Assembly: GCF_964194155.1 (NCBI RefSeq) | Contig: NC_135892.1 | Span: 74,648,001-74,712,000 of the forward strand | Direction: 5' to 3' | DNA from: Cetorhinus maximus | Taxonomy: Eukaryota | Length of the DNA stretch: 64,000 nucleotides | Part shown: piece after piece, positions 49,589 to 60,700 of the stretch | Layout of the letters: each line of letters starts with the position of its first letter | Numbering within the stretch: position 1 is the stretch's first letter | The notes under the pieces: generated by a model | The model's database searches: none | What the model was told of the DNA's origin: nothing | The model's input: only the letters and a program-made list of their open reading frames with translations | Position numbers and translations under genes: made by a program

Positions 49589-51659
49589 AAATATGGTCCT
49601 GCTGTGCTTTCACACCGGTGTGAAACCGATTTTTGGCACTCTCACCATGTTGTCGTTCCCGCCCCACCAGACCAGGATGCCCCTGCCAAGGCCCTGGTTT
49701 CTGCAGGTCAGAAAGGTGGCCTGGTCAGCCATTCCAAAGTCGCACCTGGAGATCGGACCACCTGGTACGGACCGAAGCTCTCAGGATTCCTAAGCAACCA
49801 GTGTCATTGACGGTATGTACTATTGCTTAGAGATTTAGTAAAGGTGTATCTCATTTAGTGAGACAGTATTCAAGTTGTTATGTGCCATTGATATCAAGAG
49901 TAAAGACAAGAACTTTTAGACCAGAGAGGGGAGGTCTTACACGTTTATGAATCATAACAGTCTGCAACACTGCTCGTTGTTAATGCATGTATCTAGAGTA
50001 CTTACAAACTTTCTGTTCCAATCTCTTTATAAGCATCTTGTCAAGAAATTATCTGCATGATTTCAAGAACATACAACTAAATATATGGTCAATTTGAAGT
50101 ATTTGCATCTAATAATTAGTCAAGAGCAAGCCTTTGACTTAATGTTAGCCTTTCCACCTCAGAGTCAGAAGAGTTCAAGCCTCACTCCAGGTAGTCCTAT
50201 GAGTGGAGACGAGATAATAATCTCAAAATGCTGGTTTGACAACCAATGATAGGCTCTTATATGGACAGACAAACCTCAGACTCAGGTAGTTTTGCCACCT
50301 CTGAGTCAGAATGGTCGGATTTGAGCCCCACTCCAGACAGTTCCAGCGAGCAGAGACTGCCTCTGAATAATGGATTAATGTCCAGTAGGGGCACTTGTGC
50401 CAAATGGGCGTGGCTAATGTAAAGGGTAGATGGGGCTCTTTAGCCCACCTAGGAGAATGTTCATCAAAGATAAAACTCTTGGGAAAGCCACCTTAGCCAC
50501 TCCTTTCTAGTAAGTCTCTCAAAAGTCCCATGTGTGAGGCGTGAATTAGGACCTGCCCTAGGGTAGAACACAATGGGTGGATAGAAAAATTATTTTGCAG
50601 AATAGAATTTTAATCAATGTGTGAATGTTTGGACTTCAAAGTGGGATTGTTTACATTAAATCACCTAATGATTGGAAACAACTGGATATATTGAAATTTG
50701 AAAGCACATGTATTTTCTGATTTGGGTTTCACTCAAGCATTGTTCTCATTTTAGGAATTTTAGGTATAAGTGAATACGAAGGAATTGGGACACTGGAATT
50801 TTGGCAATCAGGATTAAGTTGGTGCATGGAAATTCTGGTAAATGGAAGTAACTTGGTACTCAAGAATTTCATCAATAGAAGGTAAATTGGTAAGTGGGAT
50901 TTCAAGAATGGGCATGAATCGGAAGTAAATTGGTCCAAGGGCATTCTATGCTCAGATTAACTTTTTGTCTAAAGTTGATTTATCTTCAAAGTAAACTTAG
51001 TATGTGAATAATTTCCTTCAAGGCAAAGAAATATTTAACTTTTTTTTCACTGCAGATGTAATCAGACATTACAACTGGTGGATAATTAATAGAGAACACT
51101 ACCAAGATGACTGTCAGGACATAGTTGCAGGGTTAGAATCTAATGAAAGGGTCAAATAATATAAGTAAAGCTGGGTACAGGTAATAGTGTTAAGATCACC
51201 TTCTGTTAGGACTATTATTACCAATTTGAAGGACAATTGTTACTAAGTTTATTGGTCTTCCCATTTCTGGCCCTGCATTTGAGAAAACTGTTTAAATTTA
51301 GAAACCTGTGCATAGGTTTCCTGGTGAAAGCAACTTTCTCCAGCACCTTGTGGGTCTCCTGTTGATAGATTAAAATCATGTTAATTAGCAATGATGATAA
51401 ATGGGAAGCAGAGGTTATTTTCCTCTGCTTTAACCCTTTCATTCCCTCTCTTCTCAAGAGGTAACTCATGCTAGTAAATGTTTCCACAGGCACCAGTAGG
51501 CATCCATACCTTACCCAATATGCCTTTCCTCATCAGTGCCTTGGCAGGTTAATTGACTGTGGTTGTATTACTTATGTTACGTTACTTAAAGGGATGACGG
51601 TAGATAGGCAATGGCAAACATTCAAAGAGCGCATGGGTGAACTGCAACAATTGTTTATT

Positions 51660-52259
51660 AGGCACTTTACAGCCTTCCGGATTTAACATTGAGTTCAACA
51701 ACTTCAGATCATGAACTCTCTCCTCCATCCTCACCCCCTTTTTGATCCCCTTTTTTTTAATAATTATTATTATATTTTTAATATATTTTTTTTATTTTCC
51801 CACCTGTTTCTATTATTATTTTTAAAATGTATTTCCATCCATTGTTTTATCTCCACCTTTTAGCCTATTTCGATCCCTTCTCCCCACCCCACCCCCACTA
51901 GGGCTATCTGCCACTTGCTCATCCTGCTTTCTACCCTTAATGTCACCATTAGCACATCCTTTAGATAATATCACCGCCATCAACACCCCTTTGACCTTTT
52001 GTTTATGACATCTTTGGCAATCTCTCCTTTGCCTCCACCTATCACTGGCCCTCTATCCAGCTCCACCTGTCCCACCCCCCTTAAACAGTTTATATTTCAC
52101 CACATTTCTATTTTTCTTTAGTTCTGATGAAGAGTCATACGGACTCGAAATGTTAACTCTGTCTTCCTCTCCACAGTTGCTGTCAGACCTGCTGAGTTTT
52201 TCCAGCAATTTTTGTTTTTGTTTCAGATTTCCAGCATCAGCAGTATTTTGCTTTTATCT
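51660..52259 (+). mobile_element. Penelope-like retroelement 3' fragment
   Basis: Starts with the GIY-YIG ORF C-terminal-like GTLQPSGFNIEFNNFRS*, followed by a pyrimidine-rich UTR and a tail like 5090-5290. TSD aattgtttatt at 51649-51659 and 52260-52270. Confidence 0.88.
52120..52158 (+). ncRNA. Minimal hammerhead motif, copy 3
   Basis: agtt-CTGATGA-a-gagtc(atacg)gactc-GAAAt-GTT-aact, with one C>T change in the stem III palindrome. Confidence 0.6.
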
Positions 52260-53589
52260 AATTGTTTATTCCTGTCTGACGCAAAAGTAAAACAGGAAAG
52301 GTGGCCAAACCATGGCTAACAAGGGAAATTAAAGATAATATTAGATCCAAGGAAAAGGCATACAAACCAACAGACCTGAGGATTGGGAGCAGTTTAGAAT
52401 TCAGCAAAGGAGGACCAAGGGACTGATTAAGAAGGGGAACGTAGAATATGCGAATAAGCTTGCAAGGAACATAACATATGACTGTAAAGGTTTCTATAGG
52501 TATGTGAAGAGAAGAAGATTGGTGAAGACAAATGTAGGTCCCTTACAGTCAGAAATAAGGGAATTTATAATGGGGAACAAAGAAATGGCTGACCAACTAA
52601 ATACATACTTTGGTTCTGTCTTCACAAAGGAGGACACAAATAACATACCAGAAATGTTGGGGAACACAGGCTTTAGTAAAAGGGAGGAACTGAAAGAAAT
52701 CAGTGTTAGTAGGGAAATGGTGTTGGAGAAATTGATGGGATTGAAGGCCGATAAATCCCCTGGGCCTGAAAATCTACATCCCAGAGTACTTAAGGAAGTT
52801 GCCCTAGAAATAATGGATGCATTGGTGGTCATCTTCTGAGATTCTATAGACTCTGGAACAGTTTCTACAGATTGGAGGGTAGCTAACATAACCCCACTAT
52901 TTAAAAAAGGAGGTAGAAAGAAAACAGGGAATTATAGACCAGTCAGCCTATGTTTCTATGTATCATGGCCAGTATTAGCTCAGTTGGCTAGATGACGAAC
53001 ATGTGGTTCAGAATAATGCCAACAGCATGGGTTGCTTCCCATTCCCACTGAGGTAAGCTGGGGTCCTGCCTCTTCACCCTGCCCATGATTATGGAAGGCA
53101 ATGGCAAATCACCACTGATAAGAACTGCCAATGTTCATCATGAATGAATACCTCATGCAACATACGCATATGGACGCTTCGGCCAATGGTTAATAATAGC
53201 CAATGGAATTATTGACTAATTTTTCACCTCTGTGAACTCAGGGGCAATTCAAGTAGATATTATCCCTCCTTTGCCAGTTTGGCTAAGATCAGCTTCTTCA
53301 GCAGAGACCTGGAGAAGCATTTTCTCTTTGGGGTCAGCACCCCGATGTCAATACCATTTCCAGGTCCTGAGCCCGCACCAAGGGGGAAGCAGTCACAGGT
53401 TCCAATTTTCCCAGAGGTCAGCCCTAATTGGCTGCAGGGCAAGTTTGATAACCAATTAGTGGCAGTGGGTCCGGGAAGGAGGCGAGGCTGACAGAGCGGG
53501 CCCAATTTGAAGGGATTAAGGCAGCCATTATTATGACAGCCATCTTGCAATGCAATGGCAGAATGAATTGAAGAGTTGAAGAGGCAGAG

Positions 53590-55260
53590 ACCAGGCACCC
53601 AGGGCAGGGTAGCCCAAGGTTTAATGATGCCACCATTGAGGTAATGCTGGAGGCTGTGTGAGAGGAGTGAGGTGTCTTGTTCCTGGGAAGTGGCAGGAGT
53701 TAACCAAGCAGGCCCTGCTGGAGCTGGCAGACCGTGTGAGCAGCCACAGTTTCATCAGGAGGACCTGGCTGCAGTGCTGTAAGAGGTTTACTGACCTTCA
53801 TTCTGGCAAGGAAACTTCAATGTGACACCTAGCTGATGGGCCTCCAAATCAGCAGCCACCAGCTGAGCAACCTGAGGGTGCATGGTGCTCCAGAATATGG
53901 GAGAAATGTGTGCCCAGGGTCATTACTGACCCGCGAGCAAGGCTGAAACCCTTAACCCTATTGAGGAGCTGGCAGCATTGATAAATACAGCATCTTGTTA
54001 AAATCAGTGAGAGAGGCCAGCACTGCCTTATCTATCTCTCTTTTGTCCTTATAGGAGAAGAGGGCGCACAATGATAGGGAGTGGGCTTGCACAGAAAATG
54101 AATGCACAAGCTAGCCATCCTTCCTGCATTGGAGGATGTGGTAGTTGACATCACAAGGATGGCATCACATGAGAAAGTGGGTGATATAGAGTTGGGAACA
54201 CCAGGAGGAGAAGGTGAAAAGATATTGAATTCCGTAGATGAAGGGGATGGAGTGCATTCCTCTCCATCTGAGAGCATGCCAACCCTTCTGCTGTATTGAG
54301 AAACCTCAACTCTGCAGCGGCATTAGCTGTCAGAGGCAAGTCTTCATGATCTCCATCTTATGCCTCCCACAGGGCTAGTTGGGGAGGGGGAGTGTACCAG
54401 TGCTGCAGCAACATCACCAGGGTCCTCAATGGAGATGGAAGCCACAAAGCTAGCACCATCACATCATTCAAACACACACATCAGTGGGTCCTCGAGCATG
54501 GTTAGAAAGGGTGGCACTGGGTGAAAAGTATGTCGCAAGTGAGCAGAAGGAGGTGAGAAAAGCAGAGGTAGGTGTGGGCAGTCATGCTTGGTGGATGGAG
54601 GACAGATGCACAGCCTTGGGAGTCACAAGCAAGGTGGCTGTACTTTGGCCAGCAGCATGAGATGTGTACCCACAGGTTGGAGTTCCCTGAGGCAGTACAG
54701 GATCATGAACCGAGAATGGAGGAGTCCATTCAGTGATGTGCATCATTATGGCTCAGGGTTTTGAATGCATGAGCTCCTCCATTGAGATTGTGACCAACTC
54801 AAGGAGAGTCATATGCAGCAGCATTCTGAGTGGATGCAGGATAATATCTAACATACATAGAATACATGGGATGCGCTGTAGCATTGACTGGTCAATGGTA
54901 CTAATGGCGTAAAGATACATGGAGTGGATGACAGTTGCTGCCCCTGCTGGTAAACCCCTCTAGCAATCCAGAGCAGCATCAAATGTCTGAGATGGTCAAC
55001 TAGGAGGATGAAGGTTCCATCCCATCATCATCATCAGCCTCTTTGGCCCCTCTGACTGAGGGGCATCCATGCAGCAGAGCCCTGTGATGGAGGCTGCCCC
55101 TGCATTGATGCTGGTGCTGCAGCCCCTGGTACCTCAACAATGAGGATGATTGCCATAAGCATCTCGGCCTCAAGTGGACTGGAGGCTGCCTCCACCTTAA
55201 CCGTGGCCACAAGGGGAGCACCACGTAGGAATGGACGAGAACGAGGGCCTCCACATCATT
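53590..55260 (+). pseudogene. Harbinger Myb/SANT-like gene, copy 3
   Basis: RFNDATIEVMLEAV...LLELADRVSSHSFIRRTWLQCCKRFTDL (~53617-53800), exon 2 after ccttatag reading EKRAHNDRE, and C-terminal AASTL..GAPRRNGR. Confidence 0.75.
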
Positions 55261-55476
55261 CATTGTACTTGGGGGACTTCCATTTGTGACAGTGTAAAAT
55301 GTTATTTTTTAATCATGAGCCATTTTTGAGCTATGACCTTTGATATGTGAGCTTCCATTCTTTAATGGCAGAACTGGAGAAGAGGGAAGAAGTAATGAAG
55401 TGAAGCCATGGTCTTTGAACGGAAACACTGAGTGTGTTTGAGAAATATGTACCGTGCATTATCAGTAAGAATGGAG

Positions 55477-55757
55477 CTACTTTGCACTTTCCCCTTCCTC
55501 CAATGAACTGTAGTGATCTAGCGTATGACCCTCTTCAAGGTCCACACTTCTCTGGAGGGCCATGTTATGGAGAGTGCAGAAGACCAACACAATGCATGAG
55601 ACCTTGCAGGAGGATATTGGAGGGTAACATCTGATTGGTCTAGGCATGAGAACCATATCTTCAGAAGCCCAGTGCTCTGCTCGGTGGGGGTCCTTGTGAT
55701 TAGATTGAATTGTTTGTAGCACTGTTCCTCCACTGTTTCTCTGAACATCTTAATCAC
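55477..55757 (-). pseudogene. Harbinger transposase C-terminal fragment
   Basis: TRTPTEQSTGLLKIWFSCLDQS..LQYPP / VSCIVLVFCTLHNMALQR across a frameshift. Homologous to 11930-12100. Confidence 0.85.
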
Positions 55758-56204
55758 ACATTGAGCTATTGCCTTGCTTTCAGCCAGCTGTACTCATTGC
55801 TGTGTTCCTTTAGAAAACATTAGTGGTGAGGCGTTTTCCCACCAATGCCTTCTCTTTTTCCTCCTCCGCCCCCGCCTCCGCCCTCCGCTACTCTTTCTGA
55901 TGTGTTTATTTTTGCTGATGCACCATTACACAGGTCTCTAGCTGTCCTCCAGTGCTTTACCAAATTGACCAATTTTCATATGTAAACTTTGATAATGTTT
56001 GTCAGCAGGCTGAGCAATGTCGGCTTTCTAACAGGACTCACTTGATAACAATTAGGAGGACAAGTGCAGCAAAAATAGATTTCATTTTATAAAAATAATG
56101 TGCAAACCTAGTCCTAAAGAATGCAATTAGCTCTAATATTTTACCTGTAGGTGCTGTGAATCATTATTCTATTTATTCTTGGGGTTTAAGATGATGCTGT
56201 CAAT

Positions 56205-57240
56205 TCCGAATTTATTGCCCATCCCTAATTGTCCTAAAAACATGCTGATGGGCCTTCTCCTTGAACTGCTGTCGTCCTTTTGCTGATGGTGCTCCCACTT
56301 TGCTGCTATAGAGGGAACTCCAGGATATCAAGCAAATGACAATAAGGAACAGCCAGGATGATTTGTGATTTGCAGGAGAACTTGGAGGTGATGATATCCC
56401 CGTCATCTTGCTGCTCTTATCCTTCTCAGTGGTAGAGGTCATTGGTCTGGGGCATACCGTTGAAGTAAACTTGGGGCGGAATGTTGCACTCGTCGGGCGG
56501 GCACGCTTCTGACCCGAACGAATGTAAAATGACGCATGCTGACATCAGGCAAGTGTCCCGATGTCATCGGTGACTCGTGTGATGTTTCAGTCGGCGGGCG
56601 TGCGTGGGAGTCAGCCTATTAAGGCATCAAAGTTCTAATTAGGTGAAATTTTTTGTTGCCCTTCCAATCTTATGGTTCGCGGGCAGGCGAAAAGGCCAAG
56701 CGGCCTTTGGATTTTTTGCGAAACCTCATCCACAGGCGGGATGAGGTTTCGATCAGTGATTTAAAAGTTAAAAAACTAATTTCCAACCTGTCCCTGCTCA
56801 TGTGACAGAGTCACATGAGGAGACATGTTATTTACATTTTTAAATGCTTTATTTTTTATTTTCAAAATTCCTCAGCTCCCTGAGGCAGCTCTGTGCCTCA
56901 GGGAGCTTTTACTGCGCGCACCTCCGTGCTCGCGCTCTTCCCGCCCCTATCCCGGCAGCACTGAGTGCTGCAGCGTGCGTTTCACACTGGCTGCCCATTC
57001 ATTAGCCAGTCAGCGTGAAATCCATGTCAGGGCTCAATCGTGGGCAGCAGTAGGCTTCGCGATCGCTCCCGGGCCCACCCGCTGCACCCACCCGACGAGG
57101 GCAAAATTCTGCCCTTGGTGAATTCTGCAGCACATCCTATTTAGAAAAAAAAACATGTATTTCTGCCATGGTGCACCAGTTATGGAGGGGGTAGATCCTG
57201 AGTTTAATAATGGGGCACCTACATCCCTGGTCCTAGATGG
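56205..57240 (-). mobile_element. LINE 3' fragment (family of 5305-5519) split by a MITE
   Basis: tttattgcccatccctaattg..cttgaactgctg..agggaactccaggat is the reverse complement of the 5350-5470-type sequence. It appears to continue after 57117. Confidence 0.7.
56474..57114. mobile_element. Harbinger-type MITE, complete
   Basis: ~28-bp imperfect TIR gggcggaatgttgcactcgtcgggcggg / cccacccgacgagggcaaaattctgccc, with a 3-bp TSD TTG on both sides. Confidence 0.9.
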
Positions 57241-57559
57241 AAGATTTTGTTGTAAGCTTTAAATAATGTCTGTCATTTGTTGTCTGCCAAGTTGCAGTCA
57301 TTGTGTTGACAGAGAAAGAAAATCAAAAACTGCACTAGTCCAGCCCATGGTGAGGTTTCTTTTATTCTTAATCTGGCTTGTTCATTCATTTCCCGATGAA
57401 CAAATGGCGTTGTTTAATTTAATTTTTCAAAATGTTATTTCTCTCTGGTTTTGGTTGCCATGACTTTCTGTCATCCATCCAGTTTTACAGCCTTTCCTAT
57501 TGGTCTCGGGTCAGCTAACGAACACAGACATTTGCAGCTATAAAATTAAAGGAAACTGC

Positions 57560-58430
57560 AAATGATTGGACTCTGAAGGAAAAACAAAATGCTGGAAACT
57601 CGCAGCAGGGAAGTCAGTGCCTGTGAGGAAAAAAAATGGGTTATCATCTCCAGCTCTTTGGCAGAACTAAAAGCTAAAAAAGTAAGCAAACACTTCAGCG
57701 TAGGATATAAAAATGCAAAGAAAAGGGAGAGGGGGAAATCTAACCATTGAAAGACCTGCAAACTGTCAAATAGAAAACTGTCAGATGACATAAAAAAACA
57801 CATTAAAGTGATGGAAAGACATTAAAAGTACAAAAGAGTGTTTATATAATTTAAAAAACTGGAAGGACACAAGAGCTGCCCAAACAAATAAAATAGCTAG
57901 GAGAAAGGCGATTTATAAAGAAAATTGCAACAGGTCTGAAATTGAAATTTAGGCTGTACCTCAAAAGAAAGAAACAGGCCAACCCAGAAGGAAAAAAAAA
58001 CAGTTCAGCCCAATACTCTAATTTCCCAGCTTTTATTGGTGTTCCATTTTAAGGTATATAACACCAGTTCGAACCAATATTCTTATTTCCCAGTTTTTAC
58101 TGTTCTTTTTTCATTCTGGGAAGTCCTTGGTTATATATCTTTCCCCAAGCTCTTTGTTTTAAAAAAGAGTTTATATTCCAAATCTCAAACTGCCTCATCC
58201 CCTCCAGTGTACACCAACAGACCCCTCCAACCAACAACACCAGCACTGCTTGTTGTGTGGAACAGAGTTAAGGTATGGAATTACTAAAATTGATGTTCAG
58301 ACCAGGTGACTACAAAGTGTCAAGGAGAAATACATGACACTGTACCTTGAGTTGAGCCTGGTTGAAGCATCATATAAAGCTAAAGACTGAGAAGTCAGAG
58401 TGGAAATTGGAGTGGAAGATTAAATGGGGG
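57560..58430 (-). mobile_element. Decayed Penelope 3' fragment
   Basis: Tail-like aaaacaaaatgctggaaactcgcagcagg at 57580. ttgatgttcagaccaggtgactacaaagtg at ~58290 resembles the reverse complement of 51660-51695. Confidence 0.5.
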
Positions 58431-58479
58431 AATTAAGTGAAACAAATGGTCATCTAACTTACATTTGAGTATAGGATAA

Positions 58480-58835
58480 TAATCTATCTAATGGAAACAT
58501 TTTGCAGGGTGTGGATGGACAGAGAAATAAACTCTTGTAAATGCCAGGGTAGGTAGATAAAGTCATCTAAAAAAAATTGATAGAATTTGTGGCTTTATAA
58601 GTATGGGATTAGAGTATAACAGTAAATAAATAATGCCGATTTTATACAAATCATCAATCAGAGTACAGTTGTTGCACTATATAAAGTTTTGGGCACCTCG
58701 TTACAGAAAGAATACAATTTGTGTTCTCAAGGATAATACCAGGGATGGGAAACTATAGCAATGAGGTGAAATTTGAGATATTCGGACTATTTCCACTACG
58801 ATAGAGAAGGCCAAGAGAAGGCTTAATAAAGTCTT
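58480..58835 (+). mobile_element. Highly decayed CR1 3' fragment
   Basis: YKSSIRVQLLHYIKFWAPRYRK resembles CR1 LYK.LVRPHLEYCVQFWSP.YRK. Confidence 0.55.
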
Positions 58836-59462
58836 TCTTTTTAAATTAAAGATCCGAATTGAACTTCTGGCAGAACTCGTGCAGACTTTCGGGTCGAGGC
58901 AGATGGTAAACCGTCTGGCATTCCACAGCATGAGGTGCAGGAGATTTTAACTCCTGGGCTTCAACTACATAGACCCCATCAGCTTTGCACCTCAGCTTTG
59001 TAGTACTTTAAGCAGCAGGAAGCTGTCATCAGAGACCCAAAGAAATGATCCCTGATAATCAGATAAGTTGTTCAGAGGGATTTGGGTGGGAATTACAGTC
59101 AAGGGAAGCAGAAGAAAGCCTAAGGCAAGGAAGGCCAAAGATTTCCTTGTGGGGCCCACAAAGAAATAAAAAATAAAATTAACTCCCCTTTTTGAGGTAT
59201 TTTTCTGGCCCTGGCTCCTCTTCCTGTCTTGGCAGAGCAGCCATGACATCTTTGCCACACAAGCCTCAGGTTAAAATTGCAACCAATGACATTACAAGAT
59301 CCTAATCTGCATGTTTAAGGAAGAATCCTGCTGCCTCTTGTCTGTGCAAAACTGGTGACAGGAAGTCAATGAGAGCAGTTTCTGCTGGATGGGCAAGGTT
59401 CTTTAGTGTCTTAATAGAGTGAATGATAAAAAAATCCTTCTAACTGGAAATTGAGTGACATG

Positions 59463-59993
59463 GGGCGGGATTTTCAGCTTGGTGTGCAGGCGCGCACCCG
59501 ACATGCACGAGCGTGAAACAGCGCACGATGACGTTAGGCGAGCGTCCCGACGTCATCATGCAATATTTTGGTCGGCGGGCGCATGTGGGAGTTGGCAGCA
59601 TGCCTGCCGACAATTAAGAGGGCTGTTAAGCCCATTAATCAATTCATTAAAATGACATTTTCCCTGCCAGTCCAACCTTATGGATGACAGAACCACATGA
59701 GGGGTCATGTTTTCCTTATTTTTGAAATCTTTATCTTTAATGTTAAAAATCTTCAGTTCCCTGAGATAGCTCTGTGCCTTCAGGGAGCTTTCACTGAGTG
59801 CACCCCTGCGCATGCGCACACTTCAGCGCTCCTCCTGCCTCCACCCCGGCAGCACTGAGGTTATCAGCGTGCGTTTCATGCTGGCTGGCCGTTAATTGGC
59901 CAGCCAGTGTGAAATCGCGGGAGGCAGACTGTTACGCGGCCCCTCCTGGGCCCCTCCTGGGCCCGCCCACCCGACGAAGGGAAAAACCTCCCC
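59463..59993. mobile_element. Harbinger-type MITE, complete
   Basis: Ends gggcgggatttt / aaaaacctcccc, TSD ATG on both sides (59460-62, 59994-96), and interior homologous to 56474-57114. Confidence 0.88.
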
Positions 59994-60014
59994 ATGGGAT
60001 TGTCAGTTGACATT

Positions 60015-60700
60015 GGCCTGGATTTTACAGTCAGCAACATAACAAGGATGCTCGCCACTGACCTTGAAGAAAATCTGAAGAGCTCTCACGACACGCAATT
60101 TTTGTAACGCAGTTTAATGCAAATTCCTAGCCTTGAGGTGCAGTGATGTCATCAAGCTGTCCAAGCAGCCAATCACATTAAAGAGTTCTCACAGACAGGT
60201 GATCAGGAAACAAAATGCACTAATAATCAAATAACTTTAAAAATCTTAGAGGGTGAAATAAAGATCAGGACATATACATAAGGTTTATGTAGAAGCTGGA
60301 ATATCATGGCCAAACATTAATTTTTTTAATTCTAGAAAAAAGTTTAAAAGACCTAGTAATTAATCATAATGGGGACATTTAAAACATTCCACAAATATAA
60401 AATTATTTTTTCAGGTTGTTTAGCAGTGGCTGCTGTCAGTCCAGTTACATCTCATTGTACAAAGGTTAACTTCTAATGGGGATTCTAATAGCCATATGAA
60501 TGGAAAAGAGAAGTTCTCGCCAGATCAACTGATTTCACTGATTGCTGGCTCGGGACTGGGATTGTTGGGGGAGTCCACAGTGCAGCCTGTGGTGAGTCAC
60601 TGAATGACAGACTTCACCATAGGCTGTGCTGAGGGCTTCCCCCAAACTATTTTGCAGTGAGCATCCAGGCCCATATGGAGGTTCCAAGCCAGCCCATGTC
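60015..60700. mobile_element. Probable further non-autonomous Harbinger-type element (right end unresolved)
   Basis: Starts ggcctggatttt, similar to the other TIRs. No matching right TIR was found. Confidence 0.4.

Larger units (their letters stand above)
46191..49694 (-). mobile_element. Internally deleted Harbinger element, opposite orientation to 9568-16071, with no recognisable transposase
   Basis: The left end ggactgaatt...tttacccgtcggccgcaatgg is the reverse complement of the Myb-side end. The Myb gene is on the + strand. 49600-49670 resembles the reverse complement of 9610-9675. The right boundary is uncertain. Confidence 0.7.
51583..52950 (+). mobile_element. CR1 LINE ORF2 fragment interrupted by a Penelope insert
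   Basis: KGMTVDRQWQTFKE..QQLFI | P..KPWLTREIK..FYRYVK..MADQLNTYFGSVFTKED..KSPGPENLHPRVLKE..DWRVANITPLFKKG..GNYRPVSL. Confidence 0.92.
53240..55790. mobile_element. Third, older Harbinger remnant (Myb gene +, transposase 3' part -)
   Basis: Same convergent two-gene layout as 9568-16071. TIRs are not resolved and the boundaries are approximate. Confidence 0.75.

Noticed and set aside
50140-50345. tRNA genes (also 52965-53050)
   Set aside because: Degenerate SINE heads; no cloverleaf could be built.
52494-52889. 131-aa minus-strand ORF
   Set aside because: Antisense shadow of CR1 ORF2.
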